DNA of 64,000 nucleotides from Eledone cirrhosa (GCA_964016885.1 OZ024754.1:19344001-19408000); one strand, 5' to 3'. Shown: positions 13,601 to 29,749, numbered from the stretch's first letter. Program-made: numbers and translations. Notes: generated from the sequence alone by a model not told the origin.

Positions 13601-16600
13601 ATCAAGTCACTTGACAGACATGTACAACTGTGGCTAAAATAACTCTTCCATGATATAGTTACTTTAGTTTCAACACAATCTCAGATCAAGTCACTTGCCA
13701 GACATTTACAACTGTGGCTAAAATGACTCTTCCATGATATAGTTACTTTAGTTTCAACACAGTCTCAGATCAAGTTACTTGCCAGACATGTACAACTGTG
13801 GCTAAAATGAATCTTCCATGATATAGTTACTTTAGTTTCAATACAGTCTCGAATCAAGTCACTTGCCAGACATGTACAACTGTGGCTAAATTGACTCTTC
13901 CATGATATAGTTACTTTAGTTTCAACACGATCTCAGATCAAGTCACTTGCCAGACATGTGCAACTGTGGCTAAAATGACTCTTCCATGATATAGTTACTT
14001 TAGTTTCAACACAATCTCAGATAATGTCACTTGCCAGACATGTACAACTCTGGCTAAAATAACTCTTCCATGATATAGTTACTTTAGTTTCAACACAGTC
14101 CCAGATCAAGTCTCTTTCCAGGCATGTACAACTGTGGCTGAAATGACTCTTCCATGATATAGTTACTTTAGTTTCAACACAATCACAGATCAAGTCACTT
14201 GCCAGACATGTACAAGTTTAGCAAAAATGACTCTTCAATGATATAGTTACTTTAGTTTCAACACAACCTCAGATCATTTCACTTGCCAGAGATCTACAAC
14301 TGTGGCTAAAATGAGTCTACCATGATATAGTTACTTTAGTTTCAACACAGTCTCAGATCAAGTCACTTGCCAGACATGTACAACTGTGGCTAAAATTACT
14401 CTTTCATGATATAGTTACTTTAGTTTCAACACATTCACAGATCAAGTCACTTGCCAGACATGTACAACCGTAGCTAAAATGACTCTTCCATGATATAGTT
14501 ACTTTAGTTTAAACACAGTCTCAGATCAAGTCAATTTCAAGGCATGTACAACTGTGGCTGAAATGACTCTTCCATTATATAGTTACATTACTTTCAACAC
14601 AGTCACAGATCAAGTCACTTTCCAGGCATGTACAACTGTGGCTGAAATGACTCTTCCATTATATAGTTACTTTAGTTTCAACACAAACCCAGATCAAGTC
14701 ACTTGCCAGACATATGCAACTGTGGCTAAAATGACTCTTCCATGATATAGTTACTTTAGTTTCAACACAATCTCAGATCATGTCACTTGCCAGACATGTA
14801 CAACTGTGGCTCAAATGACTCTTCCATGATATAGTTACTTTAGTTTCAACACAGTGTCAGATCAAGTCACTTGTCAGACATGTACAACTGTGGCTAAAAT
14901 GACTCTTCCATGATATAGTTACTTTAGTTTGAACACAGTCTTAGATCAAGTCACTTGCCAGACATGTACAACTGTGGCTAAAATAACTCTTCCATGATAT
15001 AGTTACTTTAGTTTCAACACAGCCTCTGATAAAGTCACTAGCCAGACATGTACAACTGTGGCTAAAATGACTGTTCCATGATATAGTTACTTTAGTTTCA
15101 ACACACTCTCAGATCAAGTCACTTACCAGACATGTACAACTGTGGCTAAAATGACTCTTCCATGATATAGTTACTTTAGTTTCAACACAATCTCAGATCA
15201 AGTCACTTGCCAGACATTTACAACTGTGGCTAAAATGACTCTTCCATGATATAGTTACTTTAGTTTCAACACAGTCTCAGATCAGGTTACTTGCCAGACA
15301 TGTACAACTGTGGCTGAAATGACTCTTCCATGATATAGTTACTTTAGTTTCAACACAGTCACAGATCAAGTCACTTGCCAGATATGTACAAGTTTAGCAA
15401 AAATGACTCTTCAATGATATAGTTACTTTAGTTTCAACACAACCTCAGATCATGTCACTTGCCAGAGATCTACAACTGTGGCTAAAATGAGTCTACCATG
15501 ATATAGTTACTTTAGTTTGAACACAGTCTCAGATCAAGTCACTTGCCAGACATGTACAACTGTAGCTAAAATGAATCTTCCATGATGTAGTACTTTAGTT
15601 TCAACACTGTCTCAGATCAAGTCACTTGCCAGACATGTACAACTGTGGCTAAAATGAATCTTACATGATATAGTTACTTTAGTTTCAACACAGTCTCAGA
15701 TCAGTTGTCTTGCCAGACATGTACAACTGTGGCTAAAATGACTCTTCCATGATATAGTTACTTTAGTTTCAACACAGTCTCAGATCAAGTCACTTGCCAG
15801 ACATGTACAACTGTGGCTAAAATGACTGTTCCATGATATAGTTACTTTAGTTTCAAAATAGTCTCAGATCAAGTCACTTGCCAGACATGTACAACTGTGG
15901 CTAAAATGACTCTTCCATGATATAGTTACTTTAGTTTCAACACAGTCTCAGATCAAGATACTTGTCAGACATGTACAACTGTGGCTAAAATGAATCTTCC
16001 ATGATATAGTTACTTTAGTTTCAACACAGTCTCGAATCAAGTCACTTGCCAGACATGTACAACTGTAGCTAAAATGACTCTTCCATGATATGGTTACTTT
16101 AGTTTAAACACAGTCTCAGATCAAGTCACTTTCAAGGCATGTACAACTGTGGCTGAAATGACTCCTCCATTATATAGTTACTTTAGTTTCAACACAATCT
16201 CAGATCAAATCACTTGCCAGACATGTACAACTGTGGCTAAAATGACTCTTCCATGATATAGTTACTTTAGTTTCAACACAGTCTCAGATCAAGTCACTTG
16301 TCAGACATGTACAACTGTGGCTAAAATGACTCTTCCATGATATAGTTACTTTAGTTTGAACACAGTCTTAGATCAAGTCACTTGACAGACATGTACAACT
16401 GTGGCTAAAATAACTCTTCCATGATATAGTTACTTTAGTTTCAACACAATCTCAGATCAAGTCACTTGCCAGACATTTACAACTGTGGCTAAAATGACTC
16501 TTCCATGATATAGTTACTTTAGTTTCAACACAGTCTCAGATCAAGTTACTTGCCAGACATGTACAACTGTGGCTAAAATGAATCTTCCATGATATAGTTA

Positions 16601-17120
16601 CTTTAGTTTCAATACAGTCTCGAATCAAGTCACTTGCCAGACATGTACAACTGTGGCTAAATTGACTCTTCCATGATATAGTTACTTTAGTTTCAACACG
16701 ATCTCAGATCAAGTCACTTGCCAGACATGTGCAACTGTGGCTAAAATGACTCTTCCATGATATAGTTACTTTAGTTTCAACACAATCTCAGATAATGTCA
16801 CTTGCCAGACATGTACAACTCTGGCTAAAATAACTCTTCCATGATATAGTTACTTTAGTTTCAACACAGTCCCAGATCAAGTCACTTTCCAGGCATGTAC
16901 AACTGTGGCTGAAATGACTCTTCCATGATATAGTTACTTTAGTTTCAACACAGTCACAGATCAAGTCACTTGCCAGACATGTACAAGTTTAGCAAAAATG
17001 ACTCTTCAATGATATAGTTACTTTAGTTTCAACACAACCTCAGATCATTTCACTTGCCAGAGATCTACAACTGTGGCTAAAATGAGTCTACCATGATATA
17101 GTTACTTTAGTTTCAACACA
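10660..17120. repeat. 33-monomer higher-order repeat (2771 bp), about 2.3 tandem copies; the same unit occupies 1-2771
   Basis: ORFs 11783 and 14554 are 2771 bp apart (33x84-1). The same variant order recurs at this period (cagttgtctt, caaaatag, aagatac, cgatctc, gataatg, gatcatttc). Confidence 0.85.
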
Positions 17121-19870
17121 GTCACAGATCAAGTCACTTGCCAGACATGTACAACTGTGGCTGAAATGACTCTTCCATGATATAGTTACTTTAGTTTCAA
17201 CACAGACACAGATCAAGTCACTTGCCAGACATGTACAACTGTGGCTAAAATGACTCTTCCATGATATAGTTACTTTAGTTTCAACACAGTCCCAGATAAA
17301 GTCACTTTCCAGGCATGTACAACTGTGGCTAAAATGACTCTTTCATGATATAGTTACTTTAGTTTCAACACATTCACAGATCAAGTCACTTGACAGACAT
17401 GTATAACTGTAGCTAAAATGACTCTTCCATGATATAGTTACTTTAGTTTAAACACAGTCTCAGATCAAGTCACTTTCAAGGCATGTACAACTGTGGCTGA
17501 GATGACTCTTCCATTATATAGTTACATTACTTTCAACACAGTCACAGATCAAGTCACTTTCCAGGCATGTACAACTGTGGCTGAAATGACTCTTCCATTA
17601 TATAGTTACTTTAGTTTCAACACAATCCCAGATCAAGTCACTTGCCAGACATGTACAACTGTGGCTCAAATGACTCTTCCATGATATAGTTACTTTAGTT
17701 TCAACACAGTCTCAGATCAAGTCACTTGTCAGACATGTACAACTGTGGCTAAAATGACTCTTCCATGATATAGTTACTTTAGTTTGAACACAGTCTTAGA
17801 TCAAGTCACTTGCCAGACATGTACCACTGTGGCTAAAATAACTCTTCCATGATATAGTTACTTTAGTTTCAACACAGCCTCTGATAAAGTCACTTGCCAG
17901 ACATGTACAACTGTGGCTAAAATGACTGTTCCATGATATAGTTACTTTAGTTTCAACACAGTCTCAGATCAAGTCACTTACCAGACATGTACAACTGTGG
18001 CTAAAATGACTCTTCCATGATATAGTTACTTTAGTTTCAACACAATCTCAGATCAAGTCACTTGCCAGACATTTACAACTGTGGCTAAAATGACTCTTCC
18101 ATGATATAGTTACTTTAGTTTCAACACAGTCTCAGATCAGGTTACTTGCCAGACATGTACAACTGTGGCTGAAATGACTCTTCCATGATATAGTTACTTT
18201 AGTTTCAACACAGTCCCAGATCAAGTCACTTTCGAGGCATGTACAACTGTGGCTGAAATGACTCTTCCATGATATAGTTACTTTAGTTTCAACACAGTCA
18301 CAGATCAAGTCACTTGCCAGACATGTACAAGTTTAGCAAAAATGACTCTTCAATGATATAGTTACTTTAGTTTCAACACAACCTCAGATCATTTCACTTG
18401 CCAGAGATCTACAACTGTGGCTAAAATGAGTCTACCATGATATAGTTACTTTAGTTTCAACACAGTCACAGATCAAGTCACTTGCCAGACATGTACAACT
18501 GTGGCTAAAATGACTCTTCCATGATATAGTTACTTTAGTTTCAACACAGACACAGATGAAGTCACTTGCCAGACATGTACAACTGTGGCTAAAATGACTC
18601 TTCCATGATATAGTTACTTTAGTTTCAACACAGTCCCAGATAAAGTCACTTTCCAGGCATGTACAACTGTGGCTAAAATGACTCTTTCATGATATAGTTA
18701 CTTTAGTTTCAACACATTCACAGATCAAGTCACTTGACAGACATGTATAACTGTAGCTAAAATGACTCTTCCATGATATAGTTACTTTAGTTTAAACACA
18801 GTCTCAGATCAAGTCACTTTCAAGGCATGTACAACTGTGGCTGAGATGACTCTTCCATTATATAGTTACATTACTTTCAACACAGTCACAGATCAAGTCA
18901 CTTTCCAGGCATGTACAACTGTGGCTGAAATGACTCTTCCATTATATAGTTACTTTAGTTTCAACACAATCCCAGATCAAGTCACTTGCCAGACATGTAC
19001 AACTGTGGCTCAAATGACTCTTCCATGATATAGTTACTTTAGTTTCAACACAGTCTCAGATCAAGTCACTTGTCAGACATGTACAACTGTGGCTAAAATG
19101 ACTCTTCCATGATATAGTTACTTTAGTTTGAACACAGTCTTAGATCAAGTCACTTGCCAGACATGTACAACTGTGGCTAAAATAACTCTTCCATGATATA
19201 GTTACTTTAGTTTCAACACAGCCTCTGATAAAGTCACTTGCCAGACATGTACAACTGTGGCTAAAATGACTGTTCCATGATATAGTTACTTTAGTTTCAA
19301 CACAGTCTCAGATCAAGTCACTTACCAGACATGTACAACTGTGGCTAAAATGACTCTTCCATGATATAGTTACTTTAGTTTCAACACAATCTCAGATCAA
19401 GTCACTTGCCAGACATTTACAACTGTGGCTAAAATGACTCTTCCATGATATAGTTACTTTAGTTTCAACACAGTCTCAGATCAGGTTACTTGCCAGACAT
19501 GTACAACTGTGGCTGAAATGACTCTTCCATGATATAGTTACTTTAGTTTCAACACAGTCCCAGATCAAGTCACTTTCGAGGCATGTACAACTGTGGCTGA
19601 AATGACTCTTCCATGATATAGTTACTTTAGTTTCAACACAGTCACAGATCAAGTCACTTGCCAGACATGTACAAGTTTAGCAAAAATGACTCTTCAATGA
19701 TATAGTTACTTTAGTTTCAACACAACCTCAGATCATTTCACTTGCCAGAGATCTACAACTGTGGCTAAAATGAGTCTACCATGATATAGTTACTTTAGTT
19801 TCAACACAGTCACAGATCAAGTCACTTGCCAGACATGTACAACTGTGGCTAAAATGACTCTTCCATGATA
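16860..19870. repeat. Tandem duplication of a 16-monomer unit (1344 bp)
   Basis: ORFs 17493 and 18837 are exactly 16x84 apart. Shared rare variants are cagacaca, tgacagacatgtata, gctgagatg and ttcgagg. Confidence 0.88.
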
Positions 19871-22250
19871 TAGTTACTTTAGTTTCAACACAGTCACAGA
19901 TCAAGTCACTTGCCAGACATGTACAACTGTGGCTAAAATGAATCTTCCATGATATAGTACTTTAGTTTCAACACGGTCTCAGACCAAGTCACTTGCCAGA
20001 CATGTACAACTGTGGCTAAAATGACTCTTCCATGATATAGTTACTTTAGTTTCAACACAGTCTTAGATCAAGTCACTTACCAGACATGTACAACTGTGGA
20101 TAAAATGACTCTTCCATGATATAGTTACTTTAATTTCAACACAGTCCCAGATAAAGTCACTTTCCAGGCATGTACAACTGTGGCTAAAATGACTCTTTCA
20201 TGATATAGTTACTTTAGTTTCAAAACATTCACAGATCAAGTCACTTGCCAGACATGTACAACTGTAGCTAAAATGACTCTTCCATGATATAGTTACTTTA
20301 GTTTAAACACAGTCTCAGATCAAATCACTTTCAAGGCATGTACAACTGTGGCTGAAATGACTCTTCCATTATATAGTTACATTACATTCAACACAGTCAC
20401 AGATCAAGTCACTTTCCAGGCATGTACAACTGTGGCTGAAATGACTCTTCCATTATATAGTTACTTTAGTTTCAACACAATCCCAGATCAAGTCACTTGC
20501 CAGACATATGCAACTGTGGCTAAAATGACTCTTCCATGATATAGTTACTTTAGTTTCAACACAATCTCAGATCATGTCACTTGCCAGACATGTACAACTG
20601 TGGCTCAAATGACTCTTCCATGATATAGTTACTTTAGTTTCAACACAGTCTCAGATCAAGTCACTTGTCAGACATGTACAACTGTGGCTAAAATGACTCT
20701 TCCATGATATAGGTACTTTAGTTTGAACACAGTCTTAGATCAAGTCACTTGCCAGACATGTACAACTGTGGCTAAAATGACTGTTCCATGATATAGTTAC
20801 TTTAGTTTCAACACAATCTCAGATCAAGTCACTTGCCAGACATTTACAACTGTGGCTAAAATGACTCTTCCATGATATAGTTACTTTAGTTTCAACACAA
20901 TCTCAGATCAAGTCACTTGCCAGACATTTACAACTGTGGCTAAAATGACTCTTCCATGATATAGTTACTTTAGTTTCAACACAGTCTCAGATCAGGTTAC
21001 TTGCCAGACATGTACAACTGTGGCTGAAATGACTCTTCCATGATATAGTTACTTTAGTTTCAACACAGTCCCAGATCAAGTCACTTTCCAGGCATGTACA
21101 ACTGTGGCTGAAATGACTCTTCCATGATATAGTTACTTTAGTTTCAACACAGTCACAGATCAATTCACTTGCCAGACATGTACAAGTTTAGCAAAAATGA
21201 CTCTTCAATGATATAGTTACTTTAGTTTCAACACAACCTCAGATCATTTCACTTGCCAGAGATCTACAACTGTGGCTAAAATGAGTCTACCATGATATAG
21301 TTACTTTAGTTTCAACACAGTCACAGATCAAGTCACTTGCCAGACATGTACAACTGTGGCTAAAATGACTCTTCCATGATATAGTTACTTTAGTTTCAAC
21401 ACAGTCACAGATCAAGTCACTTGCCAGACATGTACAACTGTGGCTAAAATGAATCTTCCATGATATAGTACTTTAGTTTCAACACGGTCTCAGACCAAGT
21501 CACTTGCCAGACATGTACAACTGTGGCTAAAATGACTCTTCCATGATATAGTTACTTTAGTTTCAACACAGTCTTAGATCAAGTCACTTACCAGACATGT
21601 ACAACTGTGGCTAAAATGACTCTTCCATGATATAGTTACTTTAGTTTCAACACAGTCCCAGATAAAGTCACTTTCCAGGCATGTACAACTGTGGCTAAAA
21701 TGACTCTTTCATGATATAGTTACTTTAGTTTCAACACATTCACAGATCAAGTCACTTGCCAGACATGTACAACTGTAGCTAAAATGACTCTTCCATGATA
21801 TAGTTACTTTAGTTTAAACACAGTCTCAGATCAAGTCACTTTCAAGGCATGTACAACTGTGGCTGAAATGACTCTTCCATTATATAGTTACATTACTTTC
21901 AACACAGTCACAGATCAAGTCACTTTCCAGGCATGTACAACTGTGGCTGAAATGACTCTTCCATTATATAGTTACTTTAGTTTCAACACAATCCCAGATC
22001 AAGTCACTTGCCAGACATATGCAACTGTGGCTAAAATGACTCTTCCATGATATAGTTACTTTAGTTTCAACACAATCTCAGATCATGTCACTTGCCAGAC
22101 ATGTACAACTGTGGCTCAAATGACTCTTCCATGATATAGTTACTTTAGTTTCAACACAGTCTCAGATCAAGTCACTTGTCAGACATGTACAACTGTGGCT
22201 AAAATGACTCTTCCATGATATAGTTACTTTAGTTTGAACACAGTCTTAGA
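19400..22250. repeat. 18-monomer unit (1511 bp) repeated in tandem, derived from the adjacent 16-mer
   Basis: ORFs 18837, 20348 and 21859 are spaced 1511 bp apart (18x84-1). The private variant cggtctcagaccaag occurs at ~19974 and ~21485. Confidence 0.8.
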
Positions 22251-22999
22251 TCAAGTCACTTGCCAGACATTTACAACTGTGGCTAAAATAACTCTTCCAT
22301 GATATAGTTACTTTAGTTTCAACACAGCCTCTGATAAAGTCACTTGCCAGACATGTACAACTGTGGCTAAAATGACTGTTCCATGATATAGTTACTTTAG
22401 TTTCAACACAATCTCAGATCAAGTCACTTGCCAGACATTTACAACTGTGGCTAAAATGACTCTTCCATGATATAGTTACTTTAGTTTCAACACAGTCTCA
22501 GATCAGGTTACTTGCAAGACATGTACAACTGTGGCTAAAATGAATCTTCCATGATATAGTTACTTTAGTTTCAATACAGTCTCGAATCAAGTCACTTGCC
22601 AGACATGTACAACTGTGGCTAAATTGACTCTTCCATGATATAGTTACTTTAGTTTCAACACGATCTCAGATCAAGTCACTTGCCAGACATGTGCAACTGT
22701 GGCTAAAATGACTCTTCCATGATATAGTTACTTTAGTTTCAACACAATCTCAGATCATGTCACTTGCCAGACATGTACAACTCTGGCTAAAATAACTCTT
22801 CCATGATATAGTTACTTTAGTTTCAACACAGTCCCAGATCAAGTCACTTTCCAGGCATGTACAACTGTGGCTGAAATGACTCTTCCATGATATAGTTACT
22901 TTAGTTTCAACACAGTCACAGATCAAGTCACTTGCCAGACATGTACAAGTTTAGCAAAAATGACTCTTCAATGATATAGTTACTTTAGTTTCAACACAG

Positions 23000-25900
23000 T
23001 CACAGATAAAGTCACTTGCCAGACATGTACAACTGTGGCTAAAATGAATCTTCCATGATATAGTACTTTAGTTTCAACACGGTCTCAGATCAAGTCACTT
23101 GCCAGACATGTACAACTGTGGCTATAATGACTCTTCCATGATATAATTACTTTAGTTTCAACACAGTCTTAGATCAAGTCACTTACCAGACATGTACAAC
23201 TGTGGCTAAAATGACTCTTCCATGATATAGTTACTTTTGTTTCAACACAATCTTAGATCAAGTCACTTACCAGACATGTACAACTGTGGCTAAAATGACT
23301 CTTCCATGATATAGTTACTTTAGTTTCAACACAATCTTAGATCAAGTCACTTGCCAGGCATCTACAACTGTGGCTAAAATGACTCTTCCATGATATAGTT
23401 ACTTTAGTTTCAACACAGTCTCAGATCAATTCACTTGCCAGACATGTACAACTGTGGCTAAAATGACTCTGTCATGATATAGTTACTTTAGTTTCAACAC
23501 AGTCTTAGATCAGGTCACTTGCCAGACATGTACAACTGTGGCTAAAATAACTCTTCCATGATATAGTTACTTTAGTTTCAACACAGTCTCAAATCAAGTC
23601 ACTTGCTAGACATGTGCAACTGTGGCTAAAATGAATCTTCCATGATATAGTTACTTTAGTTTCAATACAGTCTCGAATCAAGTCACTTGCCAGACATGTA
23701 CAACTGTGGCTAAATTGACTCTTCCATGATATAGTTACTTTAGTTTAAACACAGTCTCAGATCAAGTCACTTGCCAGACATGTACAACTGTGGCTAAAAT
23801 GACTCTTCCATGATATAGTACTTTAGTTTCAACACAGCCTTATATCACGTCACTTGCCAGACATGTAGAACTGTGACTAAAATAACTCTTCCATGATATA
23901 GTTACTTTAGTTTCAACACAGTCCCAGATCAAATCACTTTCCAGGCATGTACAACTGTGGCTGAAATGACTCTTCCATGATATAGTTACTTTAGTTTCAA
24001 CACAGTCACAGATCAAGTCACTTGCCAGACATGTACAAGTTTAGCAAAAATGACTCTTCAATGATATAGTTACTTTAGTTTCAACACAACCTCAGATCAT
24101 GTCACTTGCCAGAGATCTACAACTGTGGCTAAAATGAGTCTACCATGATATAGTTACTTTAGTTTCAACACAGTCACAGATAAAGTCACTTGCCAGACAT
24201 GTACAACTGTGGCTAAAATGAATCTTCCATGATATAGTACTTTAGTTTCAACACGGTCTCAGATCAAGTCACTTGCCAGACATGTACAACTGTGGCTATA
24301 ATGACTCTTCCATGATATAATTACTTTAGTTTCAACACAGACTTAGATCAAGTCACTTACCAGACATGTACAACTGTGGCTAAAATGACTCTTCCATGAT
24401 ATAGTTACTTTTGTTTCAACACAATCTTAGATCAAGTCACTTACCAGACATGTACAACTGTGGCTAAAATGACTCTTCCATGATATAGTTACTTTAGTTG
24501 CAACACAATCTTAGATCAAGTCACTTGCCAGACATGTACAACTGTGGCTAAAATGACTCTTCCATGATATAGTTACTTTAGTTTCAACACAGTCTCAGAT
24601 CAATTCACTTGCCAGACATGTACAACTGTGGCTAAAATGACTCTTTCATGATATAGTTACTTTAGTTTCAACACAGTCTTAGATCAGGTCACTTGCCAGA
24701 CATGTACAACTGTGGCTAAAATAACTCTTCCATGATATAGTTACTTTAGTTTCAACACAGTCTCAGATCAAGTCACTTGCTAGACATGTGCAACTGTGGC
24801 TAAAATGAATCTTCCATGATATAGTTACTGTAGTTTCAATACAGTCTCGAATCAAGTCACTTGCCAGACATGTACAACTGTGGCTAAATTGACTCTTCCA
24901 TGATATAGTTACTTTAGTTTCAACACAATCTCAGATCAATTCACTTACCAGACATGTACAACTGTAGCTAAGATGAATCTTCCATGATATAGTACTTTAG
25001 TTTCAACACAGCCTTAGATCACGTCACTTGACAGACATGTAGAACTGTGACTAAAATGACTCTTCCATGATATAGTTACTTTAGTTTAAACACAGTCTCA
25101 GATCAAGTCACTTGCCAGACAATTACAACTGTGGCTAAAATGACTGTTCCATTATATAGTTACTTTAGTTTCAACACAATCTCAGATCAAGTCACTTTCA
25201 AGGCATGTACAACTGTGGCTGAAATGACTCTTCCATTATATAGTTACCTTACTTTCAACACAGTCACAGATCAAGTCACTTTCCAGGCATGTACAACTGT
25301 GGCTGAAATGACTCTTCCATTATATAGTTACTTTAGTTTCAACACAATCCCAGATCAAATCACTTGCCAGACATATGCAACTGTGGCTAAAATGACTCTT
25401 CCATGATATAGTTACTTTAGTTTCAACACAATCTCAGATCAAGTCACTTGCCAGACATGTACAACTGTGGCTAAAATGACTCTTCCATGATATAGTTACT
25501 TTAGTTTCAACACAGTCTTAGATCAAGTCACTTACCAGACATGTACAACTGTGGCTAAAATGACTCTTCCATGATATAGTTACTTTAGTTTCAACACAGT
25601 CCCAGATAAAGTGACTTTCCAGGCATGTACAACTGTGGCTAAAATGTCTCTTTCATGATATAGTTACTTTAGTTTCAACACAGTCTCAGATCAAGTCACT
25701 TTCAAGGCATGTACAACTGTGGCTGAAATGACTCTTCCATTATATAGTTACATTACTTTCAACACAGTCACAGATCAAGTCACTTTCCAGGCATGTACAA
25801 CTGTGGCTGAAATGACTCTTCCATTATATAGTTACTTTAGTTTCAACACAATCCCAGATCAAGTCACTTGCCAGACATATGCAACTGTGGCTAAAATGAC

Positions 25901-28250
25901 TCTTCCATGATATAGTTACTTTAGTTTCAACACAATCTCAGATCAAGTCACTTGTCAGACATGTACAACTGTGGCTAAAATGACTCTTCCATGATATAGT
26001 TACTTTAGTTTGAACACAGTCTTAGATCAAGTCACTTGCCAGACATGTACAACTGTGGCTAAAATAACTCTTCCATGATATAGTTACTTTAGTTTCAACA
26101 CAGCCTCTGATAAAGTCACTTGCCAGACATGTACAACTGTGGCTAAAATGACTGTTCCATGATATAGTTACTTTAGTTTCAACACAGTCTCATATCAAGT
26201 CACTTACCAGACATGTACAACTGTGGCTAAAATGACTCTTCCATGATATAGTTACTTTAGTTTCAACACAATCTCAGATCAAGTCACTTCCAGACATTTA
26301 CAACTGTGGCTAAAATGACTCTTCCATGATATAGTTACTTTAGTTTCAACACAGTCTCAGATCAGGTTACTTGCCAGACATGTACAACTGTGGCTAAAAT
26401 GAATCTTCCATGATATAGTTACTTTAGTTTCAATACAGTCTCGAATCAAGTCACTTGCCAGACATGTACAACTGTGGCTAAATTGACTCTTCCATGATAT
26501 AGTTACTTTAGTTTCAACACGATCTCAGATCAAGTCACTTGCCAGACATGTGCAACTGTGGCTAAAATGACTCTTCCATGATATAGTTACTTTAGTTTCA
26601 ACACAATCTCAGATCATGTCACTTGCCAGACATGTACAACTCTGGCTAAAATAACTCTTCCATGATATAGTTACTTTAGTTTCAACACAGTCCCAGATCA
26701 AGTCACCTTCCAGGCATATACAACTGTGGCTGAAATGACTCTTCCATGATATAGTTACTTTAGTTTCAACACAGTCACAGATCAAGTCACTTGCCAGACA
26801 TGTACAAGTTTAGCAAAAATGACTCTTCAATGATATAGTTACTTTAGTTTCAACACAACCTCAGATCATGTCACTTGCCAGAGATCTACAACTGTGGCTA
26901 AAATGAGTCTACCATGATATAGTTACTTTAGTTTCAACACAGTCACAGATCAAGTCACTTGCCAGACATGTACAACTGTGGCTAAAACGACTCTTCCATG
27001 ATATAGTTACTTTAGTTTCAACAAAGTCACAGATAAAGTCACTTGCCAGACATGTACAACTGTGGCTAAAATGAATCTTACATGATATAGTACTTTAGTT
27101 TCAACACGGTCTCAGATCAAGTCACTTGCCAGACATGTACAACTGTGGCTATAATGACTCTTCCATGATATAATTACTTTAGTTTCAACACAGTCTTAGA
27201 TCAAGTCACTTACCAGACATGTACAACTGTGGCTAAAATGACTCTTCCATGATATAGTTACTTTTGTTTCAACACAATCTTAGATCAAGTCACTTACCAG
27301 ACATGTACAACTGTGGCTAAAATGACTCCTCCATGATATAGTTACTTTAGTTTCAACACAATCTTAGATCAAGTCACTTGCCAGACATGTACAACTGTGG
27401 CTAAAATGACTCTTCCATGATATAGTTACTTTAGTTTCAACACAGTCTCAGATCAATTCACTTGCCAGACATGTACAACTGTGGCTAAAATGACTCTTTC
27501 ATGATATAGTTACTTTAGTTTCAACACAGTCTTAGATCAGGTCACTTGCCAGACATGTACAACTGTGGCTAAAATAACTCTTCCATGATATAGTTACTTT
27601 AGTTTCAACACAGTCTCAGATCAAGTCACTTGCTAGACATGTGCAACTGTGGCTAAAATGAATCTTCCATGATATAGTTACTGTAGTTTCAATACAGTCT
27701 CGAATCAAGTCACTTGCCAGACATGTACAATTGTGGCTAAATTGACTCTTCCATGATATAGTTACTTTAGTTTCAACACGGTCTCAGATCAATTCACTTA
27801 CCAGACATGTACAACTGTAGCTAAAATGAATCTTCCATGATATAGTACTTTAGTTTCAACACAGCCTTAGATCACGTCACTTGCCAGACATGTAGAACTG
27901 TGACTAAAATGACTCTTCCATGATATAGTTACTTTAGTTTAAACACAGTCTCAGATCAAGTCACTTGCCAGATAATTACAACTGTGGCTAAAATGACTGT
28001 TCCATTATATAGTTACTTTAGTTTCAACACAATCTCAGATCAAGTCACTTTCAAGGCATGTACAACTGTGGCTGAAATGACTCTCCCATTATATAGTTAC
28101 CTTACTTTCAACACAGTCACAGATCAAGTCACTTTCCAGGCATGTACAACTGTGGCTGAAATGACTCTTCCATTATATAGTTACTTTAGTTTCAACACAA
28201 TCCCAGATCAAGTCACTTGCCAGACATATACAACTGTGGCTAAAATGACT
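23000..28250. repeat. Three related blocks: a 14-monomer tandem offset (1174 bp) and a 34-monomer offset (2853 bp)
   Basis: The gctataatg..ataattac monomer occurs at 23121, 24295 and 27148. ORFs 25131 and 27984 are 2853 bp apart, and gttactgtag, aattacaact and ttacctta are shared. Confidence 0.8.
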
Positions 28251-29749
28251 CTTCCATGATATAGTTACTTTAGTTTCAACACAATCTCAGATCAAGTCAC
28301 TTGTCAGACATGTACAACTGTGGCTAAATGCCTCTTCCATGATATAGTTACTTTAGTTTGAACACAGTCTTAGATCAAGTCCCTTGCCAGACATGTACAA
28401 CTGTGGCTAAAATAACTCTTTCATGATATAGTTACTTTAGTTTCAACACAGCCTCAGATAAAGTAACTTGCCAGACATGTACAACTGTGGCTAAAATGAC
28501 TGTTCCATGATATAGTTACTTTAGTTTCAACACAGTCTCATATCAAGTCACTTACCAGACATGTACAACTGTGGCTAAAATGACTCTTCCATGATATAGT
28601 TACTTTAGTTTCAACACAATCTCAGATCAAGTCACTTGCCAGACATCTACAACTGTGGCTAAACTGACTCTTCCATGATATAGTTACTTTAGTTTAAACA
28701 CAGTCTCAGATCAAGTTACTTGCCAGACATGTACAAATGTGGCTAAAATGAATCTTCCATGATATAGTTACTTTAGTTTCAATACAGTCTCGAATCAAGT
28801 CACTTGCCAGACTGTACAACTGTGGCTAAATTGACTCTTCCATGATATAGTTACTTTAGTTTCAACACGATCTCAGATCAAGTCACTTGCCAGACATGTG
28901 CAACTGTGGCTAAAATGACTCTTCCATGATATAGTTACTTTAGTTTCAACACAATCTCAGATCATGTCACTTGCCAGACATGTACAACTGTGGCTAAAAT
29001 GAGTCTACCATGATATAGTTACTTTAGTTTAAACACAGTCACAGATAAAGTCACTTGCCAGACATGTACAACTGTGGCTAAAATGAATCTTCCATGATAT
29101 AGTACTTTAGTTTCAACACGGTCTCAGATCAAGTCACTTGCCAGACATGTACAACTGTGGCTAAAATGACTCTTCCATGATATAGTTACTTTAGTTTCAA
29201 CACAGTCTTAGATCAAGTCACTTACCAGACATGTACAACTGTGGCTAAAATGACTCTTCCATGATATAGTTACTTTAGTTTCAACACAATCTTAGATCAA
29301 GTCATTTACCAGACATGTACAACTGTGGCTAAAATGACTCTTCCATGATATAGTTACTTTAGTTTCAACACAATCTTAGATCAAGTCACTTGCCAGACAT
29401 GTACAACTGTGGCTAAAATGACTCTTCCATGATATAGTTACTTTAGTTTCAACACAGTCTCAGATCAAGTCACTTGCCAGACATGTACAACTGTGGCTAA
29501 AATGACTCTTTCATGATATAGTCACTTTAGTTTCAACACAGTCTTAAATCAGGTCACTTGACAGACATGTACAACTGTGGCTAAAATAACTCTTCCATGA
29601 TATAGTTACTTTAGTTTCAACACAGCCTCAGATAAAGTCACTTGCCAGACATGTACAACTGTGGCTAAAATGACTCTTCCATGATATAGTTACTTTAGTT
29701 TCAACACAGTCTCAGATCAAGTCACTTGCTAGACATGTGCAACTGTGGC

